From Nitrospirota bacterium (GTDB lineage: Bacteria > Nitrospirota > UBA9217), in NCBI GenBank assembly GCA_043731355.1, contig JAYTJE010000068.1, forward strand, positions 1 through 63,675: a stretch of DNA of 63,675 bases, in the 5' to 3' direction. Shown here piece after piece: positions 36,823 to 49,109 of this stretch. A model generated the notes under the pieces. The model saw only the letters and a list, made by a program, of their open reading frames with translations. It searched no databases and had not been told where the DNA came from. How positions within the stretch are numbered: the first letter of the stretch is position 1; each line of letters starts with the position of its first letter. Position numbers and translations under genes: made by a program.

Positions 36823-38604
36823 ATGGCCCAAAATGCGGTACCCTCAATCCTGAAACTCAATCCCATTACCCCTTTCCCAGCTAAGGAGACACGCGCAGTG
36901 CCGGATATCCCTGAAATCCTTTTCCCCGACCAGCCTGCCGCATCCAGGGGCCCCGCTCTTTCGATCATTCCGCTGGGCGGGGTGGGCGAGATCGGCCTGA
37001 ACATGACCGTGCTCGAATACGGCGATGACATCATCGTGATCGACGCGGGCCTTATGTTCCCCAACGCGGAGATGCTCGGCGTGGACATCGTGATCCCCGA
37101 CTTCACCTACCTCATCGAGAATAAGGCGCGTGTGCGCGGCATTCTGATCACCCATGCGCATGAGGACCATATCGGCGCATTGCCGTTCCTGCTGCGCGAG
37201 CTTAACGTTCCGGTCTACGGGACCCGCCTCACCCTCGGCTTCATCAAAAGCAAGCTCGAAGAGCACGAGCTCGATACGGTTGCACAGCTGGTGACCGTGA
37301 AGCCCCGGGACGTGGTGGAGCTTGGCTGCTTCTCCGTTGAGTTTATCCGCGTGACCCACAGCATCGTGGACGGCTGCGGCCTCGGCATCACGACGCCGGT
37401 GGGCCGCGTGGTCCATACGGGCGACTTCAAGATCGACCCCACGCCCGTGGACAACCAGATCATGGACCTCCGCACCTTTGCCGAGTACGGCGACAAGGGA
37501 ACGCTGGTGTTTATGTCGGACAGCACCAATGCCGGACAGGGCGGCTACACCTTCTCGGAAAAAGAGGTGCGCCGCGGACTGGAAGACATCTTTCAACGGG
37601 CGCCGGGCAGGATCGTGGTGGCCACCTTTGCCTCGAACATCCACCGGGTGCAGCAGATCGTGGACGTTGCCGTCATGTTCGGCCGGAAGGTGATCTTAAA
37701 CGGCAGGAGCATGATCGCGAACGCCCAGATCGCGCTCGAGCTTGGATACCTCAGGATCCCGCCCGAGACCTGGCTCAAGATCGAATCGCTCAAAAACCTG
37801 CCTGACGACAAGGTCGTGCTGATCACCACGGGCAGCCAGGGCGAGCCCATGAGCGCGCTCTCGCGCATGGCGTCGAACGAACACAAGCATTTCCAGATCA
37901 GGAAAGGCGACACGATCGTGCTTTCATCCAAGATGATCCCGGGCAACGAGCGCGCCATCACGGGCATCATAAACCATTTATTCAAGCGCGGGGCCGAGGT
38001 GTTCCACGAAAAGGTCTCGGAGGTCCATGTGTCGGGCCATGCCTCCAAGGAAGAGCTGAAGCTGATGCTGAACCTCGTGAAGCCCCGCTACTTCATCCCG
38101 GTCCATGGCGAGTATCGCCATCTGGTGTACCATAGCCAGCTGGCCGGGAAGGTCGGCATTCCCGAAGAGCATGTCTTTATCCTGGACGACGGCGAGGTGA
38201 TGGAGTTCACGGCAACAACCGCGACGCGGGCAGGCCGGGTGCAGGCGGGACGCGTGCTGATCGACGGCAAGGTTGCCGGCGGCGTCGAGTCCGTGGTGAT
38301 CCGCGACCGGATGCGGCTCGCCCACGACGGCGTGGTGATCGTGATCCTCGCCATTGAAAAGCAGACGGGCGCGGTCATCTCGGGCCCGGATATCGTATCG
38401 CGCGGGTTTGTATTCGAAGACGCCTCGCAGGAGCTTTTGGCCGAGGTGAAGGACCTGGTAACGGACACGCTCCGGACCATGATCCCCGAGGCCAAGGGCG
38501 ACTGGTCACTCGTTTCCGCCAAGGTGCGGAGCGTACTCAAGAAGTTCATCAACAAGCGCATGGAGCGGCGGCCGATGATTTTGCCAATCATCACGGAGAT
38601 CTGA
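36823..38604 (+). CDS. rnj: ribonuclease J
   Basis: LSIIPLGGVGEIGLNMTVLEYGDDIIVIDAG and the HAHEDHIGALPFLL beta-lactamase/beta-CASP motifs. The exact start is uncertain. Confidence 0.92.
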   Translation: MAQNAVPSILKLNPITPFPAKETRAVPDIPEILFPDQPAASRGPALSIIPLGGVGEIGLNMTVLEYGDDIIVIDAGLMFPNAEMLGVDIVIPDFTYLIENKARVRGILITHAHEDHIGALPFLLRELNVPVYGTRLTLGFIKSKLEEHELDTVAQLVTVKPRDVVELGCFSVEFIRVTHSIVDGCGLGITTPVGRVVHTGDFKIDPTPVDNQIMDLRTFAEYGDKGTLVFMSDSTNAGQGGYTFSEKEVRRGLEDIFQRAPGRIVVATFASNIHRVQQIVDVAVMFGRKVILNGRSMIANAQIALELGYLRIPPETWLKIESLKNLPDDKVVLITTGSQGEPMSALSRMASNEHKHFQIRKGDTIVLSSKMIPGNERAITGIINHLFKRGAEVFHEKVSEVHVSGHASKEELKLMLNLVKPRYFIPVHGEYRHLVYHSQLAGKVGIPEEHVFILDDGEVMEFTATTATRAGRVQAGRVLIDGKVAGGVESVVIRDRMRLAHDGVVIVILAIEKQTGAVISGPDIVSRGFVFEDASQELLAEVKDLVTDTLRTMIPEAKGDWSLVSAKVRSVLKKFINKRMERRPMILPIITEI

Positions 38605-38699
38605 CATGGCTGTGGTTAAAAGCTGATTTTTGTTGTAAAATAAAACCATGAGTGGCGGTCGAGGAAAGCCATATTGCAACTCCCGCATGAGGTGAATAT

Positions 38700-39041
38700 A
38701 TGAGCATTGTCAAGGAAGCAAGTCCCGTCGCAATCAAGATAGCGAGAAAATTCGCTGATGCGGTGCATGACCTTGTTCCCGGGGCGGTCGTGAAGCTGTT
38801 CGGCTCAGCAGCCCGCGGCGAAATGGAGGATCTGAGCGACATTGACATCTATGTGGAGTTGCCCGATGCCGCGGCAACCGACGCTGTCAGGGAAAAGATC
38901 AATGACCTTGCCTGGGAAGTAGGCTTCGCGCACGACAGTGTAATACAGCAGGTGGTTTATCAAAAAAGCGAGATTTGGGAAAGCCCCCTCCGGTCATCGC
39001 CCTTTATCAAGGCTGTGACTCATGAAGGCATTCTCTTATGA
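38700..39041 (+). CDS. minimal nucleotidyltransferase (MNT-type antitoxin)
   Basis: GSAARGE...SDIDIYV polymerase-beta-type motif. Confidence 0.8.
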   Translation: MSIVKEASPVAIKIARKFADAVHDLVPGAVVKLFGSAARGEMEDLSDIDIYVELPDAAATDAVREKINDLAWEVGFAHDSVIQQVVYQKSEIWESPLRSSPFIKAVTHEGILL

Positions 39042-39442
39042 GAAATGCCGACACCGTTGCGCTCATTCATCACAACCTCCAAAAGGCGGACGACTCACTA
39101 ATACAGGCAGGCGCTCTGCTCAATATTCAGCAGCATTTCGGCGCGGTTAATCGCGCTTACTATGCTATTTTCTACGCCGCGCTCGCCATTCTGCTCACCA
39201 AAGATCTCGGCAGTTCGAAACACTCCGGAGTCCTTTCCCTCTTTGATCGTGAGTTTGTTAAAACAAATGAAGTAGACAGGAAATGGTCTAAAGTTTTTCA
39301 CGATGCGTTCGGGCTGCGGGCGACCGCTGACTATGCAAAACTTGCTGAGGTAACCGTTCAGCAGGCTGCCCATACGATTCAAAATGCCGAGGAGTTTGTC
39401 GCTTGGGCCAAGGAATGGCTTGCGGAGCGGAAGTGGCTGTAG
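39038..39442 (+). CDS. HEPN-domain protein (UPF0332-type, toxin partner of MNT)
   Basis: AVNRAYYAIFYAALAILL...KHSGVLSLFDREFV. ATGA overlap with the MNT gene. Confidence 0.8.
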   Translation: MRNADTVALIHHNLQKADDSLIQAGALLNIQQHFGAVNRAYYAIFYAALAILLTKDLGSSKHSGVLSLFDREFVKTNEVDRKWSKVFHDAFGLRATADYAKLAEVTVQQAAHTIQNAEEFVAWAKEWLAERKWL

Positions 39443-39467
39443 CTGTCACGAGCACGGCGGTGAGATT

Positions 39468-39527
39468 ATGAGTACGCAAACATCCATTGAATGGACTGAG
39501 CAAACATGGAACCCGACGGTGGGGTAG
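39468..39527 (+). pseudogene. 19-codon stub of a DUF5131 (phage Gp37/Gp68-like) gene
   Basis: MSTQTSIEWTEQTWNPTVG followed by a stop. Matches only the characteristic N-terminus IEWTD.TWNP..GC. Confidence 0.5.
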
Positions 39528-40389
39528 CTGAAACCCACAACCATATCATAGCCTACCGTCGTTCCGATGGCTTTCAGCCAAACCTTTTGGCGCGAAACGA
39601 AAAGCAAGTGGGCACGTACACAAATCCGGACAATGATCCACGTGGACCCTGGCTTGCCGCGCCACTGACAAGGGTTGAACATCGTGATCGTGATTATTAT
39701 GCGCTTAGGAATCCGGCAGGTAGAGAGATTCCGCCGCCAAAGGGCAGCAGTTGGAGACGACCACCTGACAAATATTTAAAGTTATTATTTCACTTTCTTG
39801 TGATTCAAATGACTTGGTTCTTGACTCATTCGCTGGCAGTGGCACAACAGGTAATGCTGTTTTGGGCTTGAATAAGGAAGATGGTGGCAAGCGCCGATTT
39901 ATCCTCGTGGAAATGGAACCGAAGATTGCGCGTGACATCACTGCCGAGCGAGTGCGTCGGGTAGCGACGGGTTACAAGAACGCGAAGTCCGAGAAAGTCG
40001 AAGGAATCGGCGGGGGGGTCAGGTATTGCGAACTCGGTGAACCATTGTTCGATGAAACAGGGAAGATTCGCGAATCGGTGAGTTTCGCTGATCTTGCACG
40101 CCATGTTTATTTTACGGAAACTGGTGAGCCGCTGCCACGCGAACGCGTGACGAAATCGCCCTTCATCGGCGAGTGTCGGGGTGTCGGTATCTATCTTCTG
40201 TACAATGGTATTCTGGGTGATAAGAGCTCAAACGGCGGGAATATTCTCACGCGGGTAGTGCTCGCGCAGCTTCCGAAGTTCGATGGCCAAAGGGTGATCT
40301 ATTGTGCCGGTTGCCTGCTTGGACGAGATCGGCTACAGGCGGAACGAATCATTGTACGCCAGACGCCGTATGAGATTAAAATCAGTTAG
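39528..40389 (+). pseudogene. type III Mod methyltransferase remnant (N-terminus deleted, internal deletion/frameshift)
   Basis: ETHNHIIAYRR...NPDNDPRGPW...SSWRR in one frame, then [34 protein letters not shown] in another. The DPPY motif region is absent. Confidence 0.7.
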
Positions 40390-40424
40390 TCATAGAAAGA
40401 CGTAGAGAAAAAGATGGAAGTAGT

Positions 40425-40853
40425 TTAAGCAGAGGGTTGTTTTTCTTTGCGGCGCAGTCTTCCAACGAGAAATGCGCTGACCAAGCCGACAGCGGCGGTG
40501 CCGCCAATGACACCGGCAACAGTCGGATACCCGTTCAGAAGCGCAATGATGGAGGTTAGGAGCGCAAGTGATCCTATGATGAGACCGAACCATTGACCGC
40601 GCTTGCGTTCATCAAAGCTTTTTTCAATGACTTTGTCGTTCTGGCGGGCTGCTTCCGTGTCCATCGTATGCCGGTGCTTGGCTTCAGCCTCGGCGAGCGT
40701 CATGATTCTCTCGGCTGCGCCCGGCAAAATGGCATCGTATTCGCGCAATGCGGCCGGGGGCGGTATTGGACCGGTATATTGCGTGGCTATAGCCACCTGG
40801 TGTTTTTGAAGATTATTCGGAGCGCCCGATTTTGGCAGGTTACCTTTGTTCAT
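40425..40853 (-). CDS. DUF2335-like membrane protein
   Basis: YTGPIPPPAALREYDAILPGAAERIMTLAEAEAKHRH, followed by two C-terminal TM helices. Confidence 0.65.
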   Translation of the reverse strand: MNKGNLPKSGAPNNLQKHQVAIATQYTGPIPPPAALREYDAILPGAAERIMTLAEAEAKHRHTMDTEAARQNDKVIEKSFDERKRGQWFGLIIGSLALLTSIIALLNGYPTVAGVIGGTAAVGLVSAFLVGRLRRKEKQPSA

Positions 40854-41037
40854 TGGCGATACAGGTCATGGCGTGCCGCATATCGTTGCCGACCTTTTCC
40901 CAATCATTGCGCCAGTTTTCAATATCGCGGTCGGCAGGCGTGTATAGGGTTTTATTGGGGTCGGTTCTCGGAGATACCGGGGCAATATCGATGATGCTCC
41001 CTATCCCTTGAATAAATATGAACATCTTTTTTTTCAT
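40840..41037 (-). CDS. small hypothetical protein coupled to the DUF2335 gene
   Basis: ATG 41037 (MKKKMFIFIQG...). 14-nt overlap with the downstream DUF2335 start. ENWRNDWEKVGNDMRHAM segment. Confidence 0.4.
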   Translation of the reverse strand: MKKKMFIFIQGIGSIIDIAPVSPRTDPNKTLYTPADRDIENWRNDWEKVGNDMRHAMTCIANEQR

Positions 41038-41186
41038 AGTCGTTGGCGGCAATAAGTTTTACTTATGGGGTTATTTTAATTTCTGACTCTCTGGTAAATA
41101 TAGCAGAGTATAGAGACTGAAATCAAGAAGAATGTTGTGATTGTTGTGATAATACCGGAAACCATCCTTATAATGGCGAGGGTTGT

Positions 41187-42005
41187 ATGATACAGCTGAA
41201 GAATTATCAGACACGGGTGCTTGATTCCTTGCGAGACTTCTTCCGCTGCGGAGCTAAAAGCTGCGGACATGATAAAATTGCCGCTCCGTGTGATTACACG
41301 GCATCAGAGCCAAAAAGACCAATTACTTTCCGAAGCCATCACACTTCGCTCTGATCTTGAAAAGATTGCGGCAGCGGAAGCGCAAAAGACAGGTGAATAT
41401 TTGCGGCCTATCATGCTGATCCAGGCGGAGCGCGTGGATGCATGTGAGCCTTTGCGAGACCGCCTGGTGAGTGAATTCGGCATTGCGAAAGACGGCGTGA
41501 AGATATCGGTCGGAGCACTCGACGAATTAAAAGACGTGAAGGACATCGCTTCGGCAAAATGCCCTGTTCGATTCATCATCACGGTGCAAAAGCTGCGCGA
41601 GGGATGGGATTGCCCGTTCGCCTATGTGCTGTGCAGCCTCAGAGAAACACGATCCGCAACGGCTATTGAACAGATCGTGGGTCGCATCCTCCGCTTGCCG
41701 AATGCGACAAGAAAGCAGCATCCGGTTTGGTCCGAAGCCCGGAGAACTTGCCGAGAAAACGCCAACAGGCAAACCTACTGAAGAGTTTCAGTGCGCTCGG
41801 TTTATCGACGGTTTGCCCGAAGTGAAGTTCTGGAAAAAAGACGGAGTAGTTGTCACGGGTCTTCAGGTGCGGAATACGAGTAACATTCCAGGAGCAATTA
41901 TTGTGGAAAACGCGATCATCGCGGAGCCCGGCAAAGACCTGGTTGCCAAGAAAATGCCCCTCGCAATCGCATCGGAGCAGGTCGAAAAAATTGACGCATT
42001 TCCTT
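41187..42005 (+). pseudogene. type III Res subunit remnant (large internal deletion plus frameshifts)
   Basis: MIQLKNYQTRVLDSLRDFF start is joined directly to the helicase C-domain VQKLREGWDCPFAYVLCS...EQIVGRILRLP. A later frame carries ARFIDGLPEVKFW. Walker A and DEAH are absent. Confidence 0.7.
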
Positions 42006-42092
42006 GAGAGTTTCTTTGCCTAATGATAATATGTACTGAATCTGTATATCTAAAAAACAGAAGATGGTCCAACGGCAGCACCCGGAGGCGCC

Positions 42093-44570
<2,478 letters not shown>

Positions 44571-44604
44571 CAGTTTTCAATTCAAGACAGGGAGAAAGGG
44601 GACC

Positions 44605-45039
44605 ATGAAAATATCCGAGAGCATCAAACTGGCGCTGGACAAAAAGAAATTTAACAACCTGAAGGACGCCGCGAAGTTTCTGGACATCAGCCCGGAACTT
44701 CTCCGGGTCATTCTGAATAAGGGCCATCTTCCGAAGGACAGAACGCTCAGCACCATAGCGAGCAGGCTGGGCCTGGACAAGTCGGGACTTATCCTGGCCG
44801 CCCACCAGGAAAAGGTGCCGGATGACGTGAAAGGCTTTTTTCTCTCACCCTCGGTAACGCATTACAAGGAAGGCAAGCGGATCTCTCCGTTGTCCTCGGA
44901 GCAGGGCGACTATCTCGGCAAGATCCTGAGCCCCGCGGAAATACAGATGATCAGAAAATTCCGGCAGGTCACGGAGGAAGGCAAGATACAGATCGTGGGG
45001 TATGTCGATTTCACGTTCGCAACAAGGCGGCGCGCGTAG
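44605..45039 (+). CDS. XRE-like helix-turn-helix protein
   Basis: LKDAAKFLDISPELLRVILNKGHLP HTH-like segment. RBS GGGAGAAAGGGG upstream. Confidence 0.5.
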   Translation: MKISESIKLALDKKKFNNLKDAAKFLDISPELLRVILNKGHLPKDRTLSTIASRLGLDKSGLILAAHQEKVPDDVKGFFLSPSVTHYKEGKRISPLSSEQGDYLGKILSPAEIQMIRKFRQVTEEGKIQIVGYVDFTFATRRRA

Positions 45040-45043
45040 CCGC

Positions 45044-47914
45044 TTATCCTTTATTCGGCGTACCGGACTCGATCCAGATATCAACGGCCGCGGGATCCAT
45101 GGCCCGGGAGAAAAGGAACCCCTGCCCGTACTGGCATCGGAGGTCCTTGATGCAGGAGAGCTGGTGGTCGAGCTCGATCCCTTCGGCAATGACCTCAACG
45201 TTCAGGCTCTTTGCCAGCGAGATGATGGAAGTGATGATGGCTTCGTTCTGGCCGTTTGCCAGAAGCTTTGACACGAAGGCGCGGTCGATCTTGAGCGCCG
45301 TGATCGGGAAACGGTGCAAATGGCTCAGCGAGGAGTAGCCGGTCCCGAAGTCGTCGATGTGGATCTGAAGGCCCATGGCGCGAAGGCGGCCCATGGTCTC
45401 GATGGCGCCCTCGATATCGGCCATGATTATGCTCTCCGTTATCTCCAGCGCCAGACTGTCCGGCGGGAGGCCGGTTTCCCGCAGTATCCGTGATACCACC
45501 TCGACCAGGCCGGAGCGGGAGAACTGCTTTCCCGAGACGTTCATGCTCATGGTGAGCGGCGGGTCACTGGGGTACCGCTGCTGCCACAGCTTGAGGCGGC
45601 GGCAGGCTTCCACCAGCACCCATTCTCCCAGCGGGCCGATCAGTCCGGTCTCCTCCGCCAGCGGGATGAACTCCAGAGGATAGATCAGGCCGTGCTGCGG
45701 GTGGTTCCACCGGACCAGGGCTTCGAACCCGGCAAGCCGGTGGGACTGGATATCCATGATGGGCTGGTAGTGCAGGACGAACTCCTGCTGGTCCACGGCC
45801 CGGCGCAGATCGGCTTCGAGCTGGAGCCGGGCTATGACCCCCGCATGCATTCGTGAATTGTAGATCTCGTAGCAGGCGCCGCCCCGCGCCTTGGCCTGGT
45901 ACATGGCGATGTCGGCGTCGCGCAGCACCTGCTCGGGCCGCTCATAGCTTGCGGCGCTCGGGGCGATGCCGATGCTGACGCCGGTGAAGACGCTGTTTCC
46001 GGCGAGAAGGAGCGGGTGGGCCAGCTCCATGCGGATCCGTTCGGCGACATCAACAGCGTCGCTGATATCGCTGATGTTCTTGAGCAGAATGGCGAATTCA
46101 TCGCCGCCGAGGCGCGCCACGGTGTCGCCCGGACGCAGGCAGCCCGATACTTTTTTACCGACCGCGATGAGCAGCTGGTCGCCGGCAAGGTGGCCCAGGC
46201 TGTCATTGATGACCTTGAAGCGGTCCATGTCGAGGAACAGGACCGCAAAGAGGAAGTTTTCGCGCCGCTTGGCGCTGTCGATGATGTGCTGCAGCCGGTC
46301 GGTGAACAGCGCCCGGTTCGGCAGCCCCGTAAGGGCGTCGTGGAAAGCATCATACAACAGCTGTGCTTCGGCGCGCTTCCGCGCCGTAATGTCGGTCTGG
46401 GACCCTGCCATGCGGTAGGCCTGCCCGGACTTGCCGCTCACGGCCATACCGCGGTTCAACACCCATCCGTAGGCGCCGTCCTTCCGGCGGATGCGGAACT
46501 CTCCCTCGAACTGCTGATCATCACCGATGAGGTGGGCGGCGATCATCGCCTCCAGTGAGGCGCGTTCGTCGGGATGGACCCTGCCCAGCCATTCTTCGGG
46601 AGTATTCGATATTTCCTGGTCGTCAAAACCCAGCATGGCCTTCCATCGGTGCGAGTAGAAGATCGTATTGGTCCGCAGGTCCCAGTCCCAGAGTCCGTCG
46701 TTGGCGCCGCGCGCGGCAAGAGCGTAACGTTCTTCGCTTTCTCTGAGCGCCTCCTCGGTTTTTTTGCGCTCCGTGATGTCGCGGGTATACTCGACCACGT
46801 GCGAGAGCCGGCCGTCCGGCGCGATAATGGGGTACGTATAGATCTCAAGCCACATCCGGCGGCCGTCGGGGGTCATCACGAGTTTGTCCTTGGCGCAGGC
46901 GTCGCCCGAGAGAAAGGTCTTCTCAACGAGGCAGTTATCGCAGTGCGTGGTCCGGTTGTAGAGCGCTTCGTAGCAACAGCGGCCGGCCAGCCCGGGGAGC
47001 TGCATCTGCTTGAGCTGCGCGTACGCTTCGTTCGCCCGGACAATGCGGTAGTCGCGGTCGAAGATGCAGAAAGGATCGTGGATGCTGTTAAAGATGTTGT
47101 TCAGGAACGCCTCGGACCCCGTCAGGGCGGCTGCTGTTTGTTTGCGCTCGGCGATCTCGGTTTCGAGCTTGGCATAACCTTCCTTCAGCGCCGCGCTCAT
47201 GGTGTTAAAGTTGGAGGCAAGCTCGCCGAATTCCGTTTTATCGCTCACCAACGCCTGGTATCCCAGCTCCCCGGCAGTGATCCTCCTCGTGGCCTCTACC
47301 AGGATGTCGATGGGCCGCGTAATAGCGGTGATGAGCTGCAGGGCGATGGCCGCGCCGAAAACAAAGGTGGCGACCAGCATGATAAAAATAATCACCCAGG
47401 CTTTTTTGATCTTGCTCATGACGTCGCGCGTCAGGCCCTCGAGCCGGTTGCTGGCTTGCAGAGACATCTTCTCGGTTTCCGCCAGCAGCTTGTTGCCGGT
47501 TGCCGCGGCGTCCATCTTCATCTTCAGGATGTGCGTGCTGTTGGCGGATGCGGTAATGAAATAACTTAAATGTCTCTCATAGTCGAGGACCATGGTGCGG
47601 AGCGTGTCGAGCTGCGCGGCGATCTGGGGCGAGTGATGGCAGGTGGTGCAGTTTGAGGAGGCTTTGTCCAGGTGGTTGACGTTGTCCGCGATCTCGTCAA
47701 GCCGGCGGCCCATGGCGGTGTTCACGGTGTACAGGTCGGACTGCACCGCCTGGACGGACATGATAAGGTCCTTCCGGAGGTCTTCGATCTGATGGAGGGT
47801 GACTAACCGGCTGAGCGTGCCGGTGGTGTTGATGATATAGAGCGTGGAGAAGCCGGCGCCCAGGACCGTGAAAAGGAACAGGGCAAGCAGGTATTGCAGG
47901 ATCTTTCGTTTCAT
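45044..47914 (-). CDS. membrane sensor diguanylate cyclase/phosphodiesterase (TM-periplasmic domain-TM-HAMP-PAS-PAS-GGDEF-EAL)
   Basis: RLGGDEFAIL (GGDEF) and GFEALVRW (EAL). Two PAS domains and a HAMP domain after TM2. The periplasmic segment carries a CTTCH motif. Confidence 0.9.
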   Translation of the reverse strand: MKRKILQYLLALFLFTVLGAGFSTLYIINTTGTLSRLVTLHQIEDLRKDLIMSVQAVQSDLYTVNTAMGRRLDEIADNVNHLDKASSNCTTCHHSPQIAAQLDTLRTMVLDYERHLSYFITASANSTHILKMKMDAAATGNKLLAETEKMSLQASNRLEGLTRDVMSKIKKAWVIIFIMLVATFVFGAAIALQLITAITRPIDILVEATRRITAGELGYQALVSDKTEFGELASNFNTMSAALKEGYAKLETEIAERKQTAAALTGSEAFLNNIFNSIHDPFCIFDRDYRIVRANEAYAQLKQMQLPGLAGRCCYEALYNRTTHCDNCLVEKTFLSGDACAKDKLVMTPDGRRMWLEIYTYPIIAPDGRLSHVVEYTRDITERKKTEEALRESEERYALAARGANDGLWDWDLRTNTIFYSHRWKAMLGFDDQEISNTPEEWLGRVHPDERASLEAMIAAHLIGDDQQFEGEFRIRRKDGAYGWVLNRGMAVSGKSGQAYRMAGSQTDITARKRAEAQLLYDAFHDALTGLPNRALFTDRLQHIIDSAKRRENFLFAVLFLDMDRFKVINDSLGHLAGDQLLIAVGKKVSGCLRPGDTVARLGGDEFAILLKNISDISDAVDVAERIRMELAHPLLLAGNSVFTGVSIGIAPSAASYERPEQVLRDADIAMYQAKARGGACYEIYNSRMHAGVIARLQLEADLRRAVDQQEFVLHYQPIMDIQSHRLAGFEALVRWNHPQHGLIYPLEFIPLAEETGLIGPLGEWVLVEACRRLKLWQQRYPSDPPLTMSMNVSGKQFSRSGLVEVVSRILRETGLPPDSLALEITESIIMADIEGAIETMGRLRAMGLQIHIDDFGTGYSSLSHLHRFPITALKIDRAFVSKLLANGQNEAIITSIISLAKSLNVEVIAEGIELDHQLSCIKDLRCQYGQGFLFSRAMDPAAVDIWIESGTPNKG

Positions 47915-47956
47915 AACTGTTCAGCCCCGGCTGCCCAGGAGCGCTCTCCCCGCGCG

Positions 47957-48850
47957 TTATTTGTTCCGGTAGTCATAGTGCTTTATAGTAATCCCCGCTT
48001 TTTTCGCCATCTCAAAAACCGGCCGGTAGTCGCTGACGTTCGTCTCTATGAACCGGAGGGCGCCGAACTGTTGCAGCACGGCGGCCCCCTCGGGGTCCTT
48101 GTCCAGGTCCAGCAACGCCTGCTTGAGCTTTCGCTTAAGCTCTTCATCGAGACCCTTGCGCACACAGAGCCCGTTCGAGGGCACCCAGGGCGATTCAGCA
48201 AGAATGATCAGGTCGCGGGCCACGCGCCCATCGTCCGCTTTCACCCGGTCGTAAATACTGTGCTTTGCCGCGCCGATGTCGGCCTGGCCTTCCAGCACCG
48301 CATAAATTGCCGCATCATGGCTTCCGGCAAAATAGGAGCTGCTGAAAAAGTGGTCCACGTCCTTGACGCCCTGTTCTTTAAGGTAAGCGAGCGGAAAAAG
48401 ATATCCCGCGGTCGTCGCCTTTTCAACGTAGGCCATTTTTTTGCCCTTCATGCCGCTGACATCGCGGATCTTGCTGTCCCGGCGCGCGAAGAGGTAGCCG
48501 CGGTAGGACGAAGTGTTGTCGAGGTTCACCGGCCGGGCAAGGGGAATGACCCCCAGTTTTTCGATGGCCAGCGCACCCGTAAAGGAGCCGAAAAAAGCGC
48601 CGTCCATATTCTCGGCGGTAAAGCGGTCTATGATGTTGCCATAGCGGCTCAGGATGGTGAACTTCACCCCCACGCCGGTTTTTTTCGAGAGATAGTCGCC
48701 GAGCAGGGTGAAGCGCTCCTTCTGCTTGAAAACATTCATCTCAGGAATAAGGCCGATGAGAAGTTCCCGCTGGGCAGCCTGGGAAAAATTCAGAAGCGGG
48801 AGAAGCAAAAGGATAGTGACAAAGAAAACTGCGCCTATGGTCCGTTTCAT
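47957..48850 (-). CDS. PhnD-like phosphate/phosphonate-type ABC substrate-binding protein
   Basis: Signal peptide MKRTIGAVFFVTILLLLPLLNFSQA. LLIGLIPEMNVFKQKERFTLLGDYL. ATG 48850 sits behind GGAGG. Confidence 0.75.
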   Translation of the reverse strand: MKRTIGAVFFVTILLLLPLLNFSQAAQRELLIGLIPEMNVFKQKERFTLLGDYLSKKTGVGVKFTILSRYGNIIDRFTAENMDGAFFGSFTGALAIEKLGVIPLARPVNLDNTSSYRGYLFARRDSKIRDVSGMKGKKMAYVEKATTAGYLFPLAYLKEQGVKDVDHFFSSSYFAGSHDAAIYAVLEGQADIGAAKHSIYDRVKADDGRVARDLIILAESPWVPSNGLCVRKGLDEELKRKLKQALLDLDKDPEGAAVLQQFGALRFIETNVSDYRPVFEMAKKAGITIKHYDYRNK

Positions 48851-49109
48851 CAGTGCCTCCAATAGTGCGGCAAACGCGGTCTTTATTTGTAATCCAGATC
48901 CGGTATTGTAATATATTGCAGTTAAAAGTCAACAATAATCTGTTTTGATTTGGTTCTAACAAAATTAATTGGGCAAAAAAAGGGGGGCGCCTGCTTTTGG
49001 TTATCTCCGTCTAAATGCTTTTTTAGGTTTATCGGGTTTTCCGTTTGCCCCGGACGGTGTTACCGGCTATACTGCTACAAGAGCGGCTGGGCTGCTCAAA
49101 GGACCAATA

